Assembly: GCA_963809665.1 (NCBI GenBank)
Contig: CAWEKC010000001.1
Span: 222,219-286,218 of the forward strand
DNA length: 64,000 nucleotides
Direction of reading: 5' to 3'
Source of the DNA: Candidatus Gottesmanbacteria bacterium
GTDB lineage: Bacteria > Patescibacteriota > Microgenomatia > UBA10105 > UBA927
Shown: positions 57,364 through 64,000 of the stretch, one piece after another
Numbering within the stretch: the first letter of the stretch is position 1
Layout: each line of letters begins with the position of its first letter
Notes under the pieces: model-generated
What the model was told of the DNA's origin: nothing
Database searches by the model: none
What the model saw: the letters and a program-made list of their open reading frames with translations, nothing else
Translations under genes and position numbers: made by a program

Positions 57364-57972
57364 CTACTGGACAACTTCTTCCTCATCAACCGCGTCGCCG
57401 GAGGATTGCCCGGAAGCAGCTGACGACGTGTCAGGAGTAAAGGCAAACGTTTTTACAATGCCGTCCTCTATCGTTTGCCAGTACGCTTTATCCGTAAGGG
57501 TCCCGTCAACATAGAACAGAAGGCCCTCGCTCACCGTACCGACTATGAGTTTCGCGCTGGGACTCGCAACGAGAATTTTCTTTGCCGGCTCACCGCCCAG
57601 CGTGGTATCAATGGACGTCCCGGTTGCATAAAGTTTTTTCACCCAGCTATCCAGTGTCGTTACGCCCTTTGGCAGGTCGCTTGCCCAGACAATAATACTC
57701 CCCTGATGATCTTTACTCGTCAGTTCAACGTGAGCGTAGTTGTCCGGATCTTCCTCATGTTTATTGACGGATAAATCTTTGGGGTACTGGAATGAAAATC
57801 CCGCCGGATCGTCCCACGTTGTAAGTTCAACTAATGGCGTTGGTGTTGGTGAAGTAACTACGGCTTCTCCCGGTGAGATAACTTTTGTACTACGTTGCCA
57901 AAAGAATAATACTCCCCCGGTTATAACGCCTAGAACAATAATGACTCCCGTTATAATCCATAATTTCTTCAT
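57364..57972 (-). CDS. Secreted hypothetical protein
   Basis: N-terminal signal anchor MKKLWIITGVIIVLGVITGGVLFFW and an acidic C-terminal tail. Confidence 0.35.
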   Translation of the reverse strand: MKKLWIITGVIIVLGVITGGVLFFWQRSTKVISPGEAVVTSPTPTPLVELTTWDDPAGFSFQYPKDLSVNKHEEDPDNYAHVELTSKDHQGSIIVWASDLPKGVTTLDSWVKKLYATGTSIDTTLGGEPAKKILVASPSAKLIVGTVSEGLLFYVDGTLTDKAYWQTIEDGIVKTFAFTPDTSSAASGQSSGDAVDEEEVVQ

Positions 57973-58002
57973 GGCACAAGTATATCATGGTATACTATTG
58001 CC

Positions 58003-58407
58003 ATGAAACGAATAGTTTCCGCGGTAGTTATAATTCTTCTTTTAATTATTTTTATTAATCCTCCGCAGGTATTTGCCCTCAAAAAACGCATTCGCGCGGC
58101 GCGGGCGGTCTATTCTTCCGTAAAACTATCCCGCGCAACGCACAGCGTCATCGCAACGTTTTACGCACTACGGGGGGTTGCTAAATTTGATTACGTATTA
58201 AGTTATTCGGCAAACGGCATTCCGCAAGGCGTGGTCGGTGCGTTTGTGCCAAGCGGCAGCAACGACTCACGGGATCTCTATTTCGGTACCTGCAGTAAGG
58301 GCGTCTGCACGCCGCATTACGGTATTACCAATGCCTCGCTCACGATCACCGCCACTACGACGGGAGGCGCCACATACATCAAACGGTACGTTATTAAAAA
58401 TATCTAG
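58003..58407 (+). CDS. Secreted hypothetical protein
   Basis: Signal peptide MKRIVSAVVIILLLIIFINPPQVFA. Confidence 0.35.
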   Translation: MKRIVSAVVIILLLIIFINPPQVFALKKRIRAARAVYSSVKLSRATHSVIATFYALRGVAKFDYVLSYSANGIPQGVVGAFVPSGSNDSRDLYFGTCSKGVCTPHYGITNASLTITATTTGGATYIKRYVIKNI

Positions 58408-58413
58408 AGCCGC

Positions 58414-59169
58414 ATGAACGTACTCTCCGCAATCATTCTTTCTATCATTGAAGGCATTACGGAATTTTTACCAATCTCCAGTACCGGGCACATGATCCTG
58501 GCCGGTACGTTACTACACATTGCGGAAACGGATTTCGTCAAAAGTTTTGAGATTATTATCCAGCTCGGAGCGATACTCGCCGTGTTACTGCTTTATTGGA
58601 GAAAGTTATTGACGAATAGGAATACGTTTATACACGTGGCCATTGCGTTCGTCCCGACGGCAATCGTAGGACTCGTATTCTATAAGTTTATTAAAGACGT
58701 ACTACTGGGAAATCCGTGGATTGTCGTCTGGAGTTTAGGAATCGGAGGAATACTGCTCATACTTGTTGAAAAATTATATAAGGAAAAACAACAAGAAATG
58801 ACTTTATTCCATGCGTTCCTGATCGGATGTGCGCAGTCTCTCTCTGTTATTCCCGGTGTCTCCCGCGCTGCAGCAACGATTGTGGGCGCGCGCCTCTTGG
58901 GAATGAAGCGGGAAGATGCAGTGGAATTTTCATTTTTACTTGCCATCCCCACGATGGCAGCTGCCACGGGACTGGATCTTATAAAAAGCGGCAGGAATTT
59001 TACCGGCGGTCAATATGAACTCCTGGCAATCGGCTTCATCGGCGCATTCATCACCGCGCTTATCACGGTGAAATGGTTCATCGCCTTCGTTAAAACCCAC
59101 ACCTTCATCCCCTTCGCCATCTACCGGATCCTCGTTGCGGTTGCCTTTTATTTCTTCATACTGAGGTAA
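58414..59169 (+). CDS. uppP: Undecaprenyl-diphosphate phosphatase UppP (BacA)
   Basis: IIEGITEFLPISSTGHMIL and the PGVSRA motif. Confidence 0.85.
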   Translation: MNVLSAIILSIIEGITEFLPISSTGHMILAGTLLHIAETDFVKSFEIIIQLGAILAVLLLYWRKLLTNRNTFIHVAIAFVPTAIVGLVFYKFIKDVLLGNPWIVVWSLGIGGILLILVEKLYKEKQQEMTLFHAFLIGCAQSLSVIPGVSRAAATIVGARLLGMKREDAVEFSFLLAIPTMAAATGLDLIKSGRNFTGGQYELLAIGFIGAFITALITVKWFIAFVKTHTFIPFAIYRILVAVAFYFFILR

Positions 59170-59207
59170 CCACCAAAAACCCCGCTTACGCGGGGCTCTT
59201 GTTTTTT
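59170..59207. terminator. Bidirectional rho-independent terminator (CCCCGC-ttac-GCGGGG flanked by an A-run and a T-run) between uppP and the convergent pilin gene
   Basis: Read from the sequence. The motif ACCACCAAAAACCCCG recurs at 56900-56915. Confidence 0.65.
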
Positions 59208-59224
59208 ACGCTTAATTCCTCTTT

Positions 59225-59719
59225 TTACCTGGTCACGGAGATATCCTGAGCGGCAATTTCAGTTGCCGGTGCAGTCACCGTTATGCGGTTATCGGCAGTA
59301 CTTTTGACGACCGTATAATTGGTGTCATACCCACCAACCTGCGCACAATCAGATACCGGCGTTCCGTTATTGGTCAACGGATCGACCGGAAGCGCGGCAA
59401 GATATTGGGTAACCAAAGCCGAACACAGATCAGCCTGCGGCGGAGTGGTCGTCTGATCAGACCCTATAACAGCCGCTCCCGTATCCGTATCCGGTATCCC
59501 ATCCGGCAACGCACCTTTATTATCAGCGGCGTACTGGTCAATCGCGTTTAGAATCGCGTTGACGTCGCTAGCTCGCTTTGTATCATTTGCCTGCGAGAAC
59601 TGTCGTGCAGGATTTATGGCGATTAAAGTAATTGCCAGCAGGACCGCCAAAATCCCGATGACCACCAAGAGCTCAATGAGCGTAAAACCACGACGCTCGG
59701 CGGGCAAGTAATGTTTCAT
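59225..59719 (-). CDS. Type IV pilin (prepilin with a class III signal)
   Basis: RGFTLIELLVVIGILAVLLAI (G/FTLIE cleavage and methylation motif). Confidence 0.7.
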   Translation of the reverse strand: MKHYLPAERRGFTLIELLVVIGILAVLLAITLIAINPARQFSQANDTKRASDVNAILNAIDQYAADNKGALPDGIPDTDTGAAVIGSDQTTTPPQADLCSALVTQYLAALPVDPLTNNGTPVSDCAQVGGYDTNYTVVKSTADNRITVTAPATEIAAQDISVTR

Positions 59720-59759
59720 ATGTTTCTACCGTATCGTACCTATCAACTCATGTCAAGGG

Positions 59760-60452
59760 CTAGTGGCGGGTAAATATAACAACGATGAGGGCCAACAGGA
59801 GAACGCCGAATATGCTTACCATGATCATAAGACGGGGATTGTTCTTCTCTGTCGGTCCATGCGAAACCGGAACAACCACGTTCGGCTGGTCAGATTCCAC
59901 CATGTTTTGTGACACAAGCGCATCCAGGTGTTTGACGATATATGCCCCCATTTCCTTATCCATCCATCGTTTAGCCGCAAGGGTACCCAATAAGACCGCG
60001 GGAACTACGGCGGTCACATGATATCCCTGGAACATAAATGCGTGCCGGAGGCTTTCTATAAAATCGCGGTTCACGGCAACAGCGTGTTTTTTACCATCTA
60101 TGGTCAACACCCGGGTTGCAAGTTCCTCGAACGGGACGGAATTATAAAAAGACAGTATATCCGTCTCCTGACGGCTCTCCTCGGATGCTGTGATAATGCG
60201 TTCAAAATATGTCAACGGCGACAGAACAAAAAACAGCTGGGCGCCGCCCAGATTATTCTTGCTGAGCCACTGATTAACAAGCGTATAAAACCCGTCTTTA
60301 TTGACGATATCCAGATCTTTGGAAAATGTTGCGGGAATCTCAAGTGATAAAATGTCCGGCATCCTGCTGCTGTAAAACTGCAGGCGGTTCCGGTCGATAA
60401 AAACGACAACGCTGGATGGACTTTGTCCCAACATTAAAAAATCTCCTTCCAA
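59760..60452 (-). CDS. Hypothetical protein with a C-terminal TM anchor, inside the pilus gene block
   Basis: ORF with a C-terminal hydrophobic helix LMIMVSIFGVLLLALIVVIF. No assignable domain. Confidence 0.3.
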   Translation of the reverse strand: MEGDFLMLGQSPSSVVVFIDRNRLQFYSSRMPDILSLEIPATFSKDLDIVNKDGFYTLVNQWLSKNNLGGAQLFFVLSPLTYFERIITASEESRQETDILSFYNSVPFEELATRVLTIDGKKHAVAVNRDFIESLRHAFMFQGYHVTAVVPAVLLGTLAAKRWMDKEMGAYIVKHLDALVSQNMVESDQPNVVVPVSHGPTEKNNPRLMIMVSIFGVLLLALIVVIFTRH

Positions 60453-60808
60453 CTCGTGACAGTAAATATTCCGCTGGAAAATGTCCCCTGTACTTGAATT
60501 TTCCTCGTGAAGCTTCCATTGACACCTGTAGAAAAAATTATCTTCGTACTTCCCCCTGTTACTACCACTGTTGCACTCCCTCCGTCTATCGTCAAGGTTT
60601 CACCGGCGTAGTTGGGATTTCTGATAAGCCTGATAAGTGCATTTTGTGCTCCTGCTTCAGCAATCTCCAGGGCGTGAATACTTTCTTCCGTACGGGTGAC
60701 GGATAACGAGTTTGACGCCACCACGGCAATGGCGGTCGTAGACAGCGTAATGGCAATGATCATAAAGAAAAGCAAAACAATTATGGCTTGTCCTGATTGA
60801 TTTTTCAT
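60434..60808 (-). CDS. Minor pilin-like protein (PilX N-terminal-like hydrophobic segment without a canonical G/FTLIE)
   Basis: QSGQAIIVLLFFMIIAITL N-terminus; 124 aa. Confidence 0.35.
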   Translation of the reverse strand: MKNQSGQAIIVLLFFMIIAITLSTTAIAVVASNSLSVTRTEESIHALEIAEAGAQNALIRLIRNPNYAGETLTIDGGSATVVVTGGSTKIIFSTGVNGSFTRKIQVQGTFSSGIFTVTSWKEIF

Positions 60809-60810
60809 AC

Positions 60811-61293
60811 TTAGTATTGTCCGATAGTTGCCGTAAAGTCTTGTGAACGAATACCGCTTGATGCGCTCACTACACCGGTCAGCGTTAAAAACACACGAAT
60901 ACTGGGTTTGCCGCCCACATTTCCATACCGGCGGAATGAAACATTGGATACTGTCGTCGCGTAACTATTCAGCGCTCGGCTGCCGGCCGGATCCGTTGTC
61001 GTCAAAGCAGTTCCCGTAAGCGCATACGTATACGGAAGTCCTGCAATAGTCAATCCCAACGTCTGTGCCTCTCCCCCGATAGAACTCGGAATCTCGATAC
61101 TGCTAGCTCTACTGATATCATAGGAAAGACGCAAAAAAATATACCGGCTGTCCTGTGTCAGGGGACCCGTGGACTCGCTTACCAGTTGTGTATCGAGAAT
61201 CTGGGTAAATAAATTCGTCATAATGAATAAAAATATCATAAGTAATGCGCAATATAGGAGAAATTCTACAATGGTAAATCCTCTGCGGTTCAT
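60811..61293 (-). CDS. Pseudopilin/minor pilin
   Basis: MNRRGFTIVEFLLY prepilin motif with Glu at +5. Confidence 0.6.
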   Translation of the reverse strand: MNRRGFTIVEFLLYCALLMIFLFIMTNLFTQILDTQLVSESTGPLTQDSRYIFLRLSYDISRASSIEIPSSIGGEAQTLGLTIAGLPYTYALTGTALTTTDPAGSRALNSYATTVSNVSFRRYGNVGGKPSIRVFLTLTGVVSASSGIRSQDFTATIGQY

Positions 61294-63359
61294 GGTGAAA
61301 AATTAAATAGAATATCCGTAAGTGTCGGTGTCACGTTGTAATCCGTCGTCAATAAGTAGGCTCGATATTTAAGACATCTCCCGGGATTTTCATACCCTGC
61401 GCCGTCATTATTTAACGGCAAAGCGCTGGAAGTGGCAAATTTGGTATTTGATGTCCCGTCAGGGCCGATGAAGACGTAGGTTGCATCCGAACATTGTCCG
61501 CTGACGCCGGGATCTGCTATGGCAACCTGATACTGGATTTTTGTTTTTGCCGGATCCGGTAGGTCTGCGTTTGCATCAAACCGGTTAAATGTCGCAGACG
61601 AACCGATATCAAAAACCGATGACTCATAGGTGCCGGCTTCCAGATACGGGCCGTCCGGCCCTCCCTGAACGACTTTGAGCTTCCGCGGGTTGTCACCGGT
61701 AATGATATACGCATATGCATCTCCGTCTGATTCCCGCACTGCGGCTACACCATAAAGTCCTGTATTATACTGCATACCACCGCAGCGGGAAGGATTGTTT
61801 TCATTCGTCATATCCAGAACCTGATATTCTTCCCCATTAAGCCCAACGAGGATAACGCGGTTTTCCTGCAGGGAAACAACGACGGATTGTTCCGGATCCA
61901 TACCATTTGATTCGTACCCTCCACCGTTGGTACACGGGGGGTTGGTCGCGATACCTCCGGCAAGCTCAGGAGCCGTTTTGTTTTCAGTCTTGATAACAAA
62001 AAACTCCTTGAAGTTTGCATCATTGGTAGAAGAAATATACACGCGGGTTCCTGCAGGATTCACAAATATGGCTTTCCCTGACTCTAAGGTACTACAATTA
62101 TTCGGTTCTATGTTTATACTGCCAACGATTTTCCAGTGATTATTATCATTCGAATTGGTTACCTCGGCTATTTTAAGTTCTTCCACGGTACTACCCTGTA
62201 TGGCTATAAATGCGTAAATCGATCCGCTGAGGTTTTTAACATAAATTCCTCCTGCAGTGTCCCCAGAATTGGCAAATTGAATCCGCTTCCCGATTTTGGT
62301 ATGGGTACCGCTTCTCGTCGTAATATCAAATATATACAAATAATTCCCCGCGGTCAGATACGCACGGTTTCCTAACACAAAAACTGTATTCGCGTCAGTG
62401 GAATCACTATTGCCACCATCCGTTGTCGTATTGAGATATCCTTCTTGGTGATAGATTTTATTTGGTTGATCATCAAAGGTATTCAAGTTAATAATGACTC
62501 CCTCTTTCGTGTCGTTGCTTGTCGCAACATACGCCCACGATGATTCCCCAAAAACGTCATTGGTTTTGTATCCTTTGATTTTTCCGGCCAGACTGAATGT
62601 CGGCGGATCCGTATTGGCAACGAGGATATGGGCAAACGAATCCTGAGACGAAACCGCCTGTGCACCGGTCGACACATAAATATGGCCTTCCACAGCTGTT
62701 ACTGCATTTGGAGTACCGGGAAGATCAATCGTAGCACTAGAAAGCTGTGGTTTACACCACTGTCCTTTGGTGTTAGTTGAGATTTTCACCTCTCCACCTT
62801 GAAGATTCGTCACCTGTACGTTGGTCTTGATTCCTACATTAAAATCGTCGTACGAGCTTTGAATTAACGCAGTATTATCCGTTCTGCCCACAAAATACGT
62901 GGACTGAACACTCGATGGAATGAATGAATTCCATGAAACAGTAACTGTCACCTTTTTTGTAGAAGGATCCAGTATCCCACCGAAGGACACAATATTTCCA
63001 TTAGCATCACGATATACATCTTCGATGGTAATATATCGAGAAAATCCATTGACCGACTCGGTTCCCGATGCGAGTGACCAGGTGTTATTGATAAGTGCTG
63101 GGTGATACGTTCCGTTTGTAGAAATAAACGACCACCCTAGTTCTGATACCGTACGCACCGCAGTCTTTGCTTCCGTCGCGAGCATAGTCGCATCCAACCG
63201 TTGATTTTGCTGAACTTTCCCCTGCCGGGAAGCCACAAAAGAAAGAAGGAGTGCCGGCATCATAATTGCAGTAATAGCAAGCGCCAGAAGCACCTCTACG
63301 AGCATTTGGCCGTATGAATGATTATTCAACCGATGTGACAACACCATATTGGTTAACAT
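61290..63359 (-). CDS. Large (~690 aa) pseudopilin-like protein, candidate pilus tip adhesin
   Basis: SYG/QMLVEVLLALAITAIM is a prepilin-like leader with Glu at +5. The long extracellular region has repeated beta-strand-rich segments. The start is chosen at the internal Met (63359) to limit overlap with the upstream pilin gene; the tracker start is 63452. Confidence 0.5.
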   Translation of the reverse strand: MLTNMVLSHRLNNHSYGQMLVEVLLALAITAIMMPALLLSFVASRQGKVQQNQRLDATMLATEAKTAVRTVSELGWSFISTNGTYHPALINNTWSLASGTESVNGFSRYITIEDVYRDANGNIVSFGGILDPSTKKVTVTVSWNSFIPSSVQSTYFVGRTDNTALIQSSYDDFNVGIKTNVQVTNLQGGEVKISTNTKGQWCKPQLSSATIDLPGTPNAVTAVEGHIYVSTGAQAVSSQDSFAHILVANTDPPTFSLAGKIKGYKTNDVFGESSWAYVATSNDTKEGVIINLNTFDDQPNKIYHQEGYLNTTTDGGNSDSTDANTVFVLGNRAYLTAGNYLYIFDITTRSGTHTKIGKRIQFANSGDTAGGIYVKNLSGSIYAFIAIQGSTVEELKIAEVTNSNDNNHWKIVGSINIEPNNCSTLESGKAIFVNPAGTRVYISSTNDANFKEFFVIKTENKTAPELAGGIATNPPCTNGGGYESNGMDPEQSVVVSLQENRVILVGLNGEEYQVLDMTNENNPSRCGGMQYNTGLYGVAAVRESDGDAYAYIITGDNPRKLKVVQGGPDGPYLEAGTYESSVFDIGSSATFNRFDANADLPDPAKTKIQYQVAIADPGVSGQCSDATYVFIGPDGTSNTKFATSSALPLNNDGAGYENPGRCLKYRAYLLTTDYNVTPTLTDILFNFSP

Positions 63360-63795
63360 GTATTGTTTTGGACACAAAACTGTTCTGCTGATAGACGGTA
63401 ACGCTCGCCCGACTTGGGTCAAATCCCACAATCTCCCCGCTTTGTGATGCAAAAACTATGCTTGCGTTAGGTAAATTAATAACACTGAATATCGTACGTG
63501 TATCCAGCGCAATACTGCTATTGGAGGTGTCCGATGGGTTATATAGCGCCCCATGAAAAAGGATATAGCGGTTTGATTCAAACCGTACGCCGTAGGGAGT
63601 CGCACCTGCTCCGGCTGTAGTACTGGTCATTGCTTTGGTCTGTTGGCTTGAAATATCAACTACCACCTCATCAATAGTTGCCGAAAGAGTAGCGCTGTTT
63701 TTGAAACCCAACAGATTGATACTCATCATACCCAAGAGGGCGCCAAACAGCGCAAGTACGACAACGAGCTCAATAAAGATAAACCCTTTCTTCAT
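63322..63795 (-). CDS. Pseudopilin/pilin
   Basis: MKKGFIFIELVVVLALFGALL prepilin motif. Confidence 0.65.
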   Translation of the reverse strand: MKKGFIFIELVVVLALFGALLGMMSINLLGFKNSATLSATIDEVVVDISSQQTKAMTSTTAGAGATPYGVRFESNRYILFHGALYNPSDTSNSSIALDTRTIFSVINLPNASIVFASQSGEIVGFDPSRASVTVYQQNSFVSKTIHVNQYGVVTSVE

Positions 63796-63803
63796 GTGCA
63801 TAC

Positions 63804-64000
63804 CTAATGTCCGCCAACCTGGCCGATGAGACCATATATCGGCGAAATGATAGCAAGCATCATCCCACCGACGAATATGCCTACGACAACCAGGAGGATC
63901 GGCTCAAGAAGCGCCGTGAGGGTTTTGAGTGTGTTGGTGACTTCATAATCGTAATATTCCGAGATATCCTGCATGGATTTATCAAGTGTGCCGGTTTTTT
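63804..64000 (-). CDS. pilC: Type IV pilus assembly platform protein PilC/GspF, C-terminal fragment (N-terminus lies beyond the window)
   Basis: Manual reverse-strand translation gives ...TLKTLTALLEPILLVVVGIFVGGMMLAIISPIYGLIGQVGGH*, a typical GspF-family C-terminus. The stop is at 63804-63806. Confidence 0.6.
   Translation of the reverse strand, partial: KTGTLDKSMQDISEYYDYEVTNTLKTLTALLEPILLVVVGIFVGGMMLAIISPIYGLIGQVGGH

Overview
This 64 kb window is densely coded on both strands, with about 68 CDS and one candidate tRNA. Its content looks like a small-genome, Gram-positive-type bacterium, possibly of the Patescibacteria/CPR lineage. That placement is inferred only from gene content: an LCP protein, tandem FemAB-like proteins, two class A PBPs, UppP, an MraY/WecA homologue, type IV pilus genes, many compact proteins, and little biosynthesis. 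Confidently recognised genes are tpiA, a UvrD/PcrA helicase, a UvrD helicase fused to a Cas4/RecB-type nuclease, RmuC, metG, TatD, groES-groEL (with a CIRCE operator and a sigma70 promoter), tsaD, idi, nrdR, nrdJ (class II B12-dependent RNR), a PduO-type cobalamin adenosyltransferase, a purine PRTase, guaA, a GapN-like aldehyde dehydrogenase, Fe/Mn SOD, an RRM RNA-binding protein and uppP. Five regions deserve a second look: (i) a membrane glycosylation cluster (GT2, a QxxRW processive GT2, a GT-C enzyme, an MraY/WecA-family transferase and a UbiA/DPPR-synthase-like prenyl-phosphate phosphoribosyltransferase); (ii) an NrdR-headed B12 operon (nrdR, nrdJ, pduO, DUF4430, an ECF S-component-like gene) that continues without breaks into a proline-rich protein and a 784-aa membrane-anchored FtsK/HerA/TraD-like ATPase; (iii) a GroES whose roof hairpin is replaced by a Cys/Asp-rich insert; (iv) three Cys-rich, TP-linker surface proteins at the left end that carry internal DNA repeats; (v) a type IV pilus gene block at the right end (pilC fragment, five pilin-like genes including a ~690-aa pseudopilin). 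Non-coding signals are a near-canonical tRNA cloverleaf with a UAU anticodon, several -10 elements only 5-12 nt from start codons (near-leaderless transcripts), a structured 5'UTR before the RRM gene, and two terminators sharing a 16-nt motif. I found no CRISPR array, rRNA or obvious mobile element.
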